From an uncultured delta proteobacterium (GTDB lineage: Bacteria; Desulfobacterota; RBG-13-43-22): 64,000 bases of DNA. The stretch spans positions 416,001 to 480,000 of the forward strand of contig CAWBOS010000006.1 of assembly GCA_963790475.1 (NCBI GenBank), in the 5' to 3' direction. The position numbers were made by a program, and so were the translations under genes. Positions 19,109 through 29,405 of this stretch are shown here, one piece after another. Position 1 is the first letter of the stretch. Each line of letters opens with the position of its first letter. Below the pieces are notes generated by a model. That model worked only from the letters and a program-made list of their open reading frames with translations. It was not told the DNA's origin and did not search any database.

Positions 19109-22006
19109 ATGGCGGTACCGGTGCACAATCCGACAGGGTCGATTTGGCGTGTTTGGGATCTTCATTTCCACACACCTTCCTCGTATGATTACAAGGAAAA
19201 GAGTGCCAAAAATGAGGATTTAATCCTTACGCTTGTGAGTGCTGGGGTATCGGTTGTTGCGATAACAGACCATCATACAATTGATGTCCAGAGGATCAGA
19301 GAGCTACAGGTTCTCGGAAAAGATCAATTGGTAGTTCTACCAGGGATAGAGGTTCGCACGGAACTTGGAGGAAAAGATAGTGTTCATTTGGTTGCTGTCT
19401 TCCCAGAGGATTGCGAAATAGATAACATTTGGGACAAACTCAGGGTCAACCATAACCTAATACAACAAATAGCAGCTCGCGGGGATGATAGCGTTTATGT
19501 TGATTTTAGGGAGTTCGCAGATGATGTCCATAAGCTAAATGGTCTGACTATCATTCATGCGGGAACTAAGACTAACAGCATCGAGGAAATAGCCAATTCA
19601 TCTGCCTTCAAAATGGCCTTAAAGACCGACTTGGCACGAGAAGCTTCAGATATATTCGAAATTGCTAATGCCAAGAATATTTCCAGTTATGTCGATATCG
19701 TCTTCCCGACCATTGGTAAGGAATTGCCATTGATCTTTTGTTCAGATTCACACCGTCTTTCCGATTACTCGGCTCCACCATGTTGGATAAAGGCTGACCC
19801 AACTTTCTATGGGTTGCGTCAAGTGCTTTATGACCCATTTGATAGGGTCCAGCTATCAAACCCTCCGGAAAGTTTGATTAGAGTTTCACAAAACAAAACA
19901 AAGTACATCAAGTCCGTTTCTTTCGTCAAAGTTGAAGGCTCGGATCTGACCGAGGCCTGGTTTGAGGATATCTCTGTGCCCCTGAACCCGGGACTTATCG
20001 CGGTCATCGGTAACAAGGGGAGCGGCAAGAGCGCCCTTGCTGAAACTATCGGTTTACTGGGAGGTTGCAGACATAGAGAGGAATTCTCGTTTCTGCACAG
20101 AGAACGTTTCCTGAACGGACGGAACCCGAAGGGTTCGCATTTCAGGGCTACGCTTAATTGGCTGGACGGAACCGCAATCGTACTTAAACTTAACGAATCG
20201 AACGATAAGCTTGAGGAACGAGTCCGGTACATCCCACAGAACTACCTTGAGACAATATGTAACGCCCTGCAGATGACAGGCGATAATGAGTTCGGCATGC
20301 AGTTGGAGCACGTCATCCTATCCCACGTCCCCCTGGCAGAACGATCCGGACATGAAACTCTTCAGTCTCTCATCGACTATCGCACGGCTGAGATTGAGGT
20401 CAGTCTCAAAATCTCGCGGCAGAAAGTGCTGGATCTAAATACCAGTATAGTTGAGATCGAACAAAAGCTTAGTCCAAATCATAAAGCCGTGTTACAGCAG
20501 GGTCTCGAATCAAAACAGAATGACCTCAGAGTGCTTAATGATGCAAGGCCAAAGCCGGTCTCGAAGCCCTCTGATGACTCTGGCATATCCATCGAGATGA
20601 AGGAGAAAATGGAAGAAGCTAAGCGCCTGGGCGACGAGGTTTCTGGTTTGGAGGACCTTGTAAGAAATAATGATCTCGACCAGATAAAGGAGAAGCAGGC
20701 GACTATTTCGTGTACAAAACTTTTGCAGGCAATTACAAACTTTGAGACTCAATACGAAGATCTACGAGCGATTTGGGAAAAAGAGGGTATTACTGCCGGG
20801 GTTGATATGGCCGATGTTGTGCAAGTCACATTGAACCGAGCTCCTCTTGATGATCGCCTCAAAGCTTCAGGTGATTCCCTAAAGGTCTTGCAGGAAGACA
20901 TGGATCTCTCGAAAGAAGGTTCCCTTGCCTTTCGACTTGTTAAGGCGACAGAAACGCTTAAGACATTGCGTGGCGAACTGACGGCCCCGGAGCAGGTATA
21001 CCAAAAGTACTTGGAAGAAGATAAGACATGGGTGGAGAAGCAGAAGCAAGTCCTCGGTGACAAGGATACCCCTCAGACTATAGAGTGGTACAAAAAGCAG
21101 ATTGAAGAGCTTCTGTTGCTGCCGAAACAGCTAAAAGAGCTTCAGGATAGGCGTGCCGAGATGGTAGGTATGGTATTCTCAAGCATTGAGAAATGGAGGA
21201 ACGTATACAAAGAGGCATATGGCCCGGTTCAGACGTATATTGATGAACATGCGCCGCTCTCTGAGAAGATTCAGTTTGAGTTCTCGGCCTCCATTACTGA
21301 TATCGGCCTAAGCAAGGCCTTCTTCGAAATCGTCCATCAGGGTCGTCGGGGGTCATTCTGCCGCGATGGAGAAGCAATTTTGAGGAAACTATTGGAGGAT
21401 GCCGATTTAAGGTCATCTGAAGGAGTCCTTTCGTTTATTGAAGAATTGCTTGATCACCTCAAGGTCGATAAGCGGCCGAGCGGGGGCGATGCTGTCTCTT
21501 TAGAAGATCAGCTCAAGGATGGTAAATCACGAATAGACATTTACAATCTCCTGTTTTCACTGGACTACTTACGGCCGACATATTCGCTTCGGTGGTCCGG
21601 CAAAGATCTGGAGCAACTCTCGCCGGGAGAGAAGGGTACCCTGCTCCTTGTTTTCTATCTGTTGATTGACAAGGACACCGGACCACTATTGATAGACCAA
21701 CCAGAGGAGAACCTTGACAATCAGACGGTTTTTGGAGTCCTGGTTCCTTGCATCAATGAAGCCCGACATCGACGGCAGATTGTGCTCGTTACGCATAACC
21801 CAAACTTAGCTATCGTATGCGATGCAGATCAGATTATTAGAGCGAGATTAGATGTGGACGGCCGCTGTCAGCTTTCTTATGATTCAGGTGCCATAGAGAA
21901 TCCCATCATGAGTGCGGCTGTGGTTGATGTTCTTGAGGGAACCAAGCCGGCTTTCGAAAAACGAGAACACAAGTATGTCGCCGCAATGCCAGACTGGAAA
22001 GTATAA
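19109..22006 (+). CDS. PHP phosphoesterase fused to a coiled-coil ABC ATPase (TrlF/Ppl-like putative defence protein)
   Basis: PHP motifs DLHFHT, ITDHH, PGIE and SDSH; Walker A GNKGSGKS, signature LSPGE, Walker B LLIDQPEENLD, H-loop VTHN. Confidence 0.88.
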   Translation: MAVPVHNPTGSIWRVWDLHFHTPSSYDYKEKSAKNEDLILTLVSAGVSVVAITDHHTIDVQRIRELQVLGKDQLVVLPGIEVRTELGGKDSVHLVAVFPEDCEIDNIWDKLRVNHNLIQQIAARGDDSVYVDFREFADDVHKLNGLTIIHAGTKTNSIEEIANSSAFKMALKTDLAREASDIFEIANAKNISSYVDIVFPTIGKELPLIFCSDSHRLSDYSAPPCWIKADPTFYGLRQVLYDPFDRVQLSNPPESLIRVSQNKTKYIKSVSFVKVEGSDLTEAWFEDISVPLNPGLIAVIGNKGSGKSALAETIGLLGGCRHREEFSFLHRERFLNGRNPKGSHFRATLNWLDGTAIVLKLNESNDKLEERVRYIPQNYLETICNALQMTGDNEFGMQLEHVILSHVPLAERSGHETLQSLIDYRTAEIEVSLKISRQKVLDLNTSIVEIEQKLSPNHKAVLQQGLESKQNDLRVLNDARPKPVSKPSDDSGISIEMKEKMEEAKRLGDEVSGLEDLVRNNDLDQIKEKQATISCTKLLQAITNFETQYEDLRAIWEKEGITAGVDMADVVQVTLNRAPLDDRLKASGDSLKVLQEDMDLSKEGSLAFRLVKATETLKTLRGELTAPEQVYQKYLEEDKTWVEKQKQVLGDKDTPQTIEWYKKQIEELLLLPKQLKELQDRRAEMVGMVFSSIEKWRNVYKEAYGPVQTYIDEHAPLSEKIQFEFSASITDIGLSKAFFEIVHQGRRGSFCRDGEAILRKLLEDADLRSSEGVLSFIEELLDHLKVDKRPSGGDAVSLEDQLKDGKSRIDIYNLLFSLDYLRPTYSLRWSGKDLEQLSPGEKGTLLLVFYLLIDKDTGPLLIDQPEENLDNQTVFGVLVPCINEARHRRQIVLVTHNPNLAIVCDADQIIRARLDVDGRCQLSYDSGAIENPIMSAAVVDVLEGTKPAFEKREHKYVAAMPDWKV

Positions 22007-22187
22007 TCAATATGTTTGGCCATAGGATTTGTGATCGTATTCAGGAATTGCGGTAGATATGGTATAATTCCCATTGTCAGCATCTTTCAAACCATCATCA
22101 CTGATCAAACTTGCATATTCCCAAGAATAAGGTGCTGGATATCAGCATCAACCACAAATCTCGATTTAATAATCGAGGAGATAAATC

Positions 22188-23417
22188 ATGAAGATTTTAC
22201 ACACCTCCGACTGGCACCTTGGCCGCGCCCTGTACGGCCGCAAGCGATACGAAGAATACGAAGCCTTTCTTGATTGGCTGGCGGCTTTCATCGAGAGCGA
22301 AGACATTGACGTGCTTCTGGTGGCCGGTGATGTTTTTGATAACAGCACGCCCAGCAACTATGCCCAGGAATTGTATTACCGTTTTCTTTGCCGTGTGGCC
22401 GCCTCGCCCAGACGCCATATTGTGGTCACGGCGGGAAATCACGACTCGCCTTCCTTTTTGAACGCCCCCCGGGAACTTCTGAAATTTCTCAACATCCATG
22501 TGGTGGGGTGTGCTTCCGCGTCACCCGAAGATGAGGTGATCGTGATTGACGGGCCGGATCATGAACCCCTGCTCATCGTCTGCGCCATCCCCTATCTCCG
22601 GGACCGCGATATCCGCACCGCCGAGGCGGGAGAGAGTCTGGAGGACAAGGAGAGGAAAATCATTGATGGGATCAGAACTCATTACCGCAGGGTGTATGAT
22701 ACGGCCGAAGAAAAACGCTTCGCGTTGGGGAAAACCGTTCCTATCATCGCCATGGGGCATCTCTATACGGCAGGCGGCCAGACGGTTGACGGCGACGGGG
22801 TGCGTGAACTGTATATCGGTTCTCTCCTGAAGGTCGGCACGGATGTGTTTCCTGAATACATTGATTACCTTGCTCTGGGCCATCTTCATATACCGCAGAC
22901 GGTGGGCGGATCGGATTTTATCCGTTATTCCGGTTCGCCACTGCCGATCGGCTTCGGGGAAGCTTCCCAGGAAAAAATCGTGATTCTTGTTGAGTTTTCA
23001 GACGAGGCGCCTAAGGTGGCCAATATTCCCATACCCAGTTTTCAGGAGTTGAAGACCCTGCGGGGAGATTGGCAGACCATTGCCCGGGACATCGATGCGT
23101 TGAAGTCCCGGGAGAGCAAGGCCTGGATTGAGATCATCTATGAAGGAGACGAGGTTGCCGGTGATTTGCGCATGCGCCTGGATGAGGCGGTCCAAGGGGG
23201 CGGACTGGAGATCCTTCGCGTCAAGAACAACCGGGTACTGGAACGCGCCCTGAGCGGCATGGCTACAGACGAAACGCTCGATGATCTCGACGTCACGGAC
23301 GTTTTCAATCGCTGTCTCGAATCGCATGAAATCCCTGAAGACCAGCGACCGGCGCTTTTGAATTCCTATCGGGAAATCATGGTCGCCATCAACGAGCAAG
23401 ATTCAATGTTCGAGTAG
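22188..23417 (+). CDS. sbcD: Exonuclease SbcCD subunit D
   Basis: HTSDWHLG, AGDVFD, GNHDS, ALGHLH and RYSGSP motifs. Confidence 0.96.
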   Translation: MKILHTSDWHLGRALYGRKRYEEYEAFLDWLAAFIESEDIDVLLVAGDVFDNSTPSNYAQELYYRFLCRVAASPRRHIVVTAGNHDSPSFLNAPRELLKFLNIHVVGCASASPEDEVIVIDGPDHEPLLIVCAIPYLRDRDIRTAEAGESLEDKERKIIDGIRTHYRRVYDTAEEKRFALGKTVPIIAMGHLYTAGGQTVDGDGVRELYIGSLLKVGTDVFPEYIDYLALGHLHIPQTVGGSDFIRYSGSPLPIGFGEASQEKIVILVEFSDEAPKVANIPIPSFQELKTLRGDWQTIARDIDALKSRESKAWIEIIYEGDEVAGDLRMRLDEAVQGGGLEILRVKNNRVLERALSGMATDETLDDLDVTDVFNRCLESHEIPEDQRPALLNSYREIMVAINEQDSMFE

Positions 23418-23428
23418 GAGAAGGCGGC

Positions 23429-26400
23429 ATGAGGATAATCGGCGTTCGATTCAAAAACCTGAATTCGCTGGTGGGAGAATGGCAGGTCGATTTCACCCAC
23501 CCGGATTATTCGGCTGAAGGCCTATTCGCCATCACCGGCCCCACCGGAGCAGGCAAGACGACCATCATGGACGCCATCTGTCTCGCCCTTTACGGCAGCA
23601 CGCCCCGTCTCGGTAAAATCACTAAAAACAGCAACGAAATCATGTCGCGCCAGAAAGGGGAATGCTTTGCGGAGGTGACCTTCGAGACCCAGAAGGGCCG
23701 TTATCGTTGCCACTGGAGCCAGCACCGAGCCCGAAAAAAGCCGGAAGGTGAGTTACAACAGGCCAGGCATGAAATAGCGGACACGGATACCGACAGGGTC
23801 CTGGAATCCAAGATAAACCAGGTTGGTGAATTCATTGAGAAGGTGACAGGAATGGATTTCGAGCGCTTCACCCGTTCGATGCTCCTTGCTCAGGGTGGAT
23901 TCGCGGTATTTCTCCAGGCCGATCCCAATGAGCGGGCGCCCATTCTTGAGCAGATTACCGGCACGGAAATCTACAGCCGGATCTCCGTGAAAGTTCACGA
24001 GCGCCGCACGGAGGAGAACAATAGACTTGAGATGCTGCAGGCCGAACTAAAAGGGATCCAGGTCTTGAACGAAGACGAAGAGAAGGGCTTGCAGGCTGGT
24101 CTGATAGAAAAGCAGCGGCAGGAAACCGAACGTACCGGGAAACTGGAGGAAATGGGAAAGGCCCTGTCCTGGATCGAGGGGATGGTTGCCTTGAAGAAAG
24201 AACTGGAAGAACTGGATAGGAAACAGCAGGAATTCGAGCTGCGCTGTCAGGTCTTTGCCCCGGAATCCAAAAAGCTGGAAAAATCCCGGAAGGCTCTCGT
24301 GCTGGAAGGGGATTATCGGGGGCTATCGGCTTTGCGGGAGTTGCAGGAAAGTGAGATAAAGGAACTCCATGGCGCAGTTGCCCGGCTGCCTGATAAGGAG
24401 AAGTCCGGCGCAGAAGCAATCGCCTTAAGACAGACAGCAGAGATTTTACTTCATAAGTCGCGAGCCAGGCAGATGTCGGAAGGGGAGGTCATCAGAAAGG
24501 TGCGTGACCTCGATGTCCGGTTGGGTGAACAGAAAAAGCAACTCGCCGAAAAAGACAAGGCCATTGGAGAAATCGAGAAACAAGGGGAAGGCTACAAGAC
24601 CGTTATTAAAAGTGATGAAGAAGGTCTGAAGAAGGCTCAGGCTGTTCTTGAAGCTATCGATGAATACCGGTCGAAACATGCCGACGATGCCGCCTTGGTG
24701 ACAAACCTCGGCGCCATTGAGAGGCGATTTGCCTTGCTTCGGGAGGTTGAGTCAAAGCGTGTAAAGGCAGGGGATGAACTTTCCGCGACAGCCGGGAAAA
24801 AGGAAATCGCCCTTGCGGACTACGCCAAGAGGGAAGCCGCTCATAAGAAATCCCATCGGGCCTTTGAAAAAAGTCAGAACGACCTGAAGACCCTGACGGA
24901 TGAAATCACGACCATCCTCCAGGGGCGCGACATCGGCCTTTGGCGTAGTGAAGCAGATGCCTTAAAAGACCGTGAACGTCTTTTAATCCTGACAGGTGAA
25001 ACTTTTGAACGGATTAACCGGACTTCAAAAGCGCTGAACACCCTGAAGACGAATTGGGAGGCATTAAACGCCGATTGCGCCAGGATCCTCAACGAGATCA
25101 AATCCTGCACCGATCAAAAAACCAGTCTGGAAAAAGATATGGCCTCCCGGGAAATGCAGGTTTCGCTCCTCAGCCGTATCCGCGACCTTGAGGAAGAAAG
25201 GAAATGTCTTGAGGACGGCCAACCCTGCCCGCTGTGCGGTGCGACCGAGCACCCCTATGCAGTGGGGAATGTCCCGGTCTTGACCGAAGCGGAGGCGGAG
25301 CTTCGGAAAACGAAGGATGAATTCAAAAAGGTGTCTAATCATCTGAACAAGCTGGAAAACGACCAGGTGAAGACAGCCACGAAAATCCAGCATACAGAAA
25401 AAGAACTGGCGGAAAAACAGGCGGCGCTGGACGCCGATGAAAAACAGTGGGCCGACGCCTTATTGAGGCTGAAAATAGAAGTTTCACAAAATGAGCGCGA
25501 AGGGAAGATTCGCGAGGAGATAGCCGGCGTGCAGGCGAAGATTGCCGGAACAACGGGTATAGTCGCCCTGTTCGAAGAGAAAAGTCGCCAGGAAAAGTCG
25601 GCACAGACGGCCCTGGAAAAAAAAAGGAAGACCTTTGACGAAGCAGGGGAGGCCTTGCAGGAGGCCAGACACCACCTGGAGATAGCCGGTCGTGATCACG
25701 AACGACTAAGCAAAGATTGCACCCTTCTGGCGGAGGAGACTGAGAAGGCCCGCATTGCCGCCCTGGCAGATGTTGAATCTTTCGGGATCAGCGGAATTTC
25801 CTTGGATAGCCTTGACGCCTTATGGCAAGACCTGACCGGGCGCAAAGATGCCTGGCAGGCCAAGGAGGCTGGAAAAGCCACCCAGGAGAAACAGATCAAT
25901 AAACTGAAAGCGGGGATCGAGAAGTATCAGGCCCTGCTGCGCAGCCTGGAAGAAGACCTGGGGGCAAGACGCCAGGATCGAGACGGTCTGAAAGAGGAGT
26001 ATGAATTTCTGAGCGCTTCCCGCCGGGAACTATTCGATGAAAAGAACACCGACCATGAGGAAAAGCGGCTGGCGGAAGAGGTGGACAAGGCGGGCAGGGT
26101 CCTGGAAGATGCCCGCGAAGACAACGGAATAATTGAAAAAGAAATCAGTGCCCTGAAAGAGAAAATCGCTTCCTGGCAAGGGAAAACGGATCATAGGGCC
26201 GTGGAACTGGCACAGGCCGAAAAGCAATGGGGGGAGAGGCTCAAAAGGACAGGGTTCGAGAATGAGGCGGAATATTTGTCGTCACGCCTGAGTGAAGAAG
26301 AGCGGGAAATCCTCGCTGAAAAAGAAAGATCCTTGATCAAGGAAAAAACGGAACTGGATGCCCGTCGGAAGGATAGATCGAAGGCCCTGGCTGCGGAGCG

Positions 26401-27100
26401 CGAGAAAAATCTGACGGAAGAATCCGCTGAAACGCTGAAGGAAAACATTCGCGCCGGTGACGCCGATCTGAAACAGATTATGGTTGATATTGGAGGAATC
26501 AAGAAGATCTTGAGTGAAGATGAAAAACAAAGGGAGAACCAAAAAGAGCGCCTAAAAAACATTGACGCTCAGAAAAGGGAATGTTCACGATGGGATAACC
26601 TGCATCAGCTCATCGGTTCTGCCGACGGGAAGAAATTCCGGAATTTTGCCCAGGGGCTGACCTTTGAGATGATGACCGCTCATGCCAACCAGCAGCTCCG
26701 GAAGATGACGGATCGCTATCTCCTCATCCGCGACACCGCCCAACCCTTGGAACTGAATGTCATCGACAACTACCAGGCAGGTGAGATCCGTTCCACCAAG
26801 AATCTCTCCGGCGGGGAAAGCTTTATCGTGAGCCTTGCCCTGGCGCTTGGCCTTTCTCAGATGGCCAGCCGGAATGTCCGGGTTGACTCCCTCTTTCTCG
26901 ATGAGGGATTCGGCACCCTTGATGAAGATGCCCTCGAAACGGCCTTGGAAACACTGGCGGGACTGCGGCAGGACGGCAAGCTTATCGGCGTTATATCCCA
27001 TGTCACGGCACTCAAGGAACGTATCGGCGCTCAAATAGAGGTAATCCCTGAGACGGGCGGCCGTAGCAGCCTGTCTGGCCCAGGATGCCGGAAGATTTGA
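23429..27100 (+). CDS. sbcC: Exonuclease SbcCD subunit C (Rad50-like)
   Basis: GPTGAGKT, long coiled coil, zinc hook CPLCG, LSGGE and FLDEGFGTLD. Confidence 0.96.
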   Translation: MRIIGVRFKNLNSLVGEWQVDFTHPDYSAEGLFAITGPTGAGKTTIMDAICLALYGSTPRLGKITKNSNEIMSRQKGECFAEVTFETQKGRYRCHWSQHRARKKPEGELQQARHEIADTDTDRVLESKINQVGEFIEKVTGMDFERFTRSMLLAQGGFAVFLQADPNERAPILEQITGTEIYSRISVKVHERRTEENNRLEMLQAELKGIQVLNEDEEKGLQAGLIEKQRQETERTGKLEEMGKALSWIEGMVALKKELEELDRKQQEFELRCQVFAPESKKLEKSRKALVLEGDYRGLSALRELQESEIKELHGAVARLPDKEKSGAEAIALRQTAEILLHKSRARQMSEGEVIRKVRDLDVRLGEQKKQLAEKDKAIGEIEKQGEGYKTVIKSDEEGLKKAQAVLEAIDEYRSKHADDAALVTNLGAIERRFALLREVESKRVKAGDELSATAGKKEIALADYAKREAAHKKSHRAFEKSQNDLKTLTDEITTILQGRDIGLWRSEADALKDRERLLILTGETFERINRTSKALNTLKTNWEALNADCARILNEIKSCTDQKTSLEKDMASREMQVSLLSRIRDLEEERKCLEDGQPCPLCGATEHPYAVGNVPVLTEAEAELRKTKDEFKKVSNHLNKLENDQVKTATKIQHTEKELAEKQAALDADEKQWADALLRLKIEVSQNEREGKIREEIAGVQAKIAGTTGIVALFEEKSRQEKSAQTALEKKRKTFDEAGEALQEARHHLEIAGRDHERLSKDCTLLAEETEKARIAALADVESFGISGISLDSLDALWQDLTGRKDAWQAKEAGKATQEKQINKLKAGIEKYQALLRSLEEDLGARRQDRDGLKEEYEFLSASRRELFDEKNTDHEEKRLAEEVDKAGRVLEDAREDNGIIEKEISALKEKIASWQGKTDHRAVELAQAEKQWGERLKRTGFENEAEYLSSRLSEEEREILAEKERSLIKEKTELDARRKDRSKALAAEREKNLTEESAETLKENIRAGDADLKQIMVDIGGIKKILSEDEKQRENQKERLKNIDAQKRECSRWDNLHQLIGSADGKKFRNFAQGLTFEMMTAHANQQLRKMTDRYLLIRDTAQPLELNVIDNYQAGEIRSTKNLSGGESFIVSLALALGLSQMASRNVRVDSLFLDEGFGTLDEDALETALETLAGLRQDGKLIGVISHVTALKERIGAQIEVIPETGGRSSLSGPGCRKI

Positions 27101-27251
27101 TTGGACTGATCCTATGAGGGCAATTCGGAGATAGAAACCTAAAGATAAATTAAGCAAGAAGGAGCCAGGACAATACTCACTGACTTCGGCCAATCTATTT
27201 GAAAAATTATAGGCCTAACAGGAACCAAAAAGAAATTTAGGAGCGATTCAT

Positions 27252-29405
27252 ATGACTGAAGATATCTACTCTTTCTGCCCTATTTGCGGCTCTCACTGTT
27301 CCTTAGTGGTTACGGTCAAAGACGGGAAGGCCGTGGATGTAAGGGGAGCCGGAGAGTTGGGATTCCAGGTGACCACCTGTTCTATCCGCAAAGGCGAGGG
27401 CCATATCCTGGGCATACTCAATGCCCCCGACCGGCTAAAATACCCGCTCAAACGGAAGGGAGCCAGGGGCGAAGGTAAATGGGAGCGGATTACCTGGGAC
27501 GAAGCTTTAGATACCATGACCAAGACGATCATGGATATCAGGGAAAAGTATGGTCCCGAGTATTTCGCCATATTGCTTGGCGAACCCAAAGGAATGGAGT
27601 TTCATTTCGCGCAGCGTTTCGGCACGGCCTATGGCACGCCGAACGTGTTCACGCCGGGATGCTACTGCGGTTGGCAGACGGGAATGGCCACTCAAATGAC
27701 TTTTGGCCCGGTGTTCCTGTGGGCCAGGCCGGAATCCAAGCCCAAAATCATTATGATCTGGGGCAGCAACCCCGCCCATGTGGGGGGGACCATGATCGGC
27801 TTAACCAGAAACGACATCATCCGCTCTGTGGCCGAAGGCTGTAAGCTGGTGATCGTGGACCCCCGTAATATAGAAATCTGGCCGGAAAAGGGCATGCGGG
27901 CCTCTGATGCGGATCACTGGCTGAAGCTCAGGCCAAACAGCGACGGCATTCTGGCCATGGGCATGATCAAAGTCATCATCGAGGAGGAACTGTACCATAA
28001 GGAGTTCGTAAGGGACTGGTGCGTCGGTTTCGAGGAACTGCGCGCGGAAATGAAGAATTTCACCCTGGAGGATGTTGAAAAATATTCCTGGATACCCAAG
28101 GAACAGGTCAGGGAGGTGGCCAGGTTATATGCCACGAACGTGCCCGGCGTCATCGGCTGGGGCAATGCCCTCGAAAACCATGGCCGGTCTCTTCAACAAT
28201 GCCGGGCCATCTCTATTTTGCGGGCCCTGACGGCCAATGTGAAAACCCCCTGGGGCGGCTATGCTGAACTCATACCGGCAAATTATGGCCCTCCGGGCAA
28301 GTTTATCTTTGGAGGGGCGGTAAAAGAGAGGGCCAGGGAATTCCCCAGATCTCCGGAGAGGGCCATCAGTGATTTCAAGCTGGGGCTCAAGAGCGCCTTC
28401 ATTCCCACTCAGATGCTGATCAAGACCCTCCTGGAAGGAAAACCCTATGTCCCTAAGGCCGCCTGGATCATTCTAAATAACCCTCTGCTCACCTTCCCCG
28501 ATTCTAAGGCAACCAAGCGCGCCTTCCTGAAGCTGGAGCATATCTTTGTCAATGAGGTATTTCATACCCCCATGACCGAGATTGCCGATCTCGTCCTGCC
28601 GGCCGCCTGGATGATGGAACATGACACCTGCTCCTTTTGGCCCGGATGGCTGGGAAAAATAAAATCGAGTCCCAAGATTGTGGCCCCACCGGGTGAAGCC
28701 TGGTCGGATATGAAGATTGTGAACGAACTGGCCAAGAGGTGCGGGTATGAAAAGTACTTCTGGGAAACGGAGGAAGGCGGTTTGGATGAATTCCTGAAAC
28801 CTTCGGGATATTCCTGGAACCAGTTCCGCGATCACGTGGGGTGCCTGGAATCAGGTTTCAACTATTCTCCGGACACCATTGTTCCCTTCCCCACCCCTTC
28901 AGGAAAAGTGGAATTATTTTCCTCCATGGCCGTGGCCATGGATTACACCGGGGTCCCGACCTTCAAAGACCTCCTGGATGTCTTTACCGATCGGTTTGAA
29001 CTGACACCGGAATACCCTTTGGTCATGACGAATTACAAAAGCGAGGTCTTCTTCCTCTCCGGATACAGAAACGTTAAAGAGCTCCTGGCGAAGTCCCCTC
29101 CCCCCACGGCCTTTATGAATACCGAAGCGGCCGCGAATCTCGGACTGCAGGACGGGGACTGGATCTGGATTGAAAGCCCGCGGGGCAGAATAAAGCACAT
29201 GCTTATGACCGAACCCTCCTTAGACCCGAGGGTGGTGAACACCGAATTCGGATGGGGCGGCACGGAAGAGTACAAGGACTGTAATATAAACGTGTTGACG
29301 GACTATCGGCCCCCCTATGACCCGGGAATGGGAACAGCGACCCTTCGCGGATATCCCTGCAAGGTTTACAAGGCCCGGAGAAAAAAAATAAGGAGAAGGA
29401 TATAA
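27252..29405 (+). CDS. Cytoplasmic bis-MGD molybdopterin oxidoreductase (acetylene-hydratase-like clade), substrate unknown
   Basis: CPICGSHC...C [4Fe-4S] motif, DRLKYPLKR, WERITWDEALD, WGSNP, ADLVLPAA and PTPSGKVE; no Tat signal. Confidence 0.88.
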   Translation: MTEDIYSFCPICGSHCSLVVTVKDGKAVDVRGAGELGFQVTTCSIRKGEGHILGILNAPDRLKYPLKRKGARGEGKWERITWDEALDTMTKTIMDIREKYGPEYFAILLGEPKGMEFHFAQRFGTAYGTPNVFTPGCYCGWQTGMATQMTFGPVFLWARPESKPKIIMIWGSNPAHVGGTMIGLTRNDIIRSVAEGCKLVIVDPRNIEIWPEKGMRASDADHWLKLRPNSDGILAMGMIKVIIEEELYHKEFVRDWCVGFEELRAEMKNFTLEDVEKYSWIPKEQVREVARLYATNVPGVIGWGNALENHGRSLQQCRAISILRALTANVKTPWGGYAELIPANYGPPGKFIFGGAVKERAREFPRSPERAISDFKLGLKSAFIPTQMLIKTLLEGKPYVPKAAWIILNNPLLTFPDSKATKRAFLKLEHIFVNEVFHTPMTEIADLVLPAAWMMEHDTCSFWPGWLGKIKSSPKIVAPPGEAWSDMKIVNELAKRCGYEKYFWETEEGGLDEFLKPSGYSWNQFRDHVGCLESGFNYSPDTIVPFPTPSGKVELFSSMAVAMDYTGVPTFKDLLDVFTDRFELTPEYPLVMTNYKSEVFFLSGYRNVKELLAKSPPPTAFMNTEAAANLGLQDGDWIWIESPRGRIKHMLMTEPSLDPRVVNTEFGWGGTEEYKDCNINVLTDYRPPYDPGMGTATLRGYPCKVYKARRKKIRRRI

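Noticed and set aside
27252-29405. True acetylene hydratase, or formate dehydrogenase with Sec
   Set aside because: The catalytic Asp position is Gly, there is no in-frame TGA or FDH C/U-H motif, and it is coupled to redox subunits.
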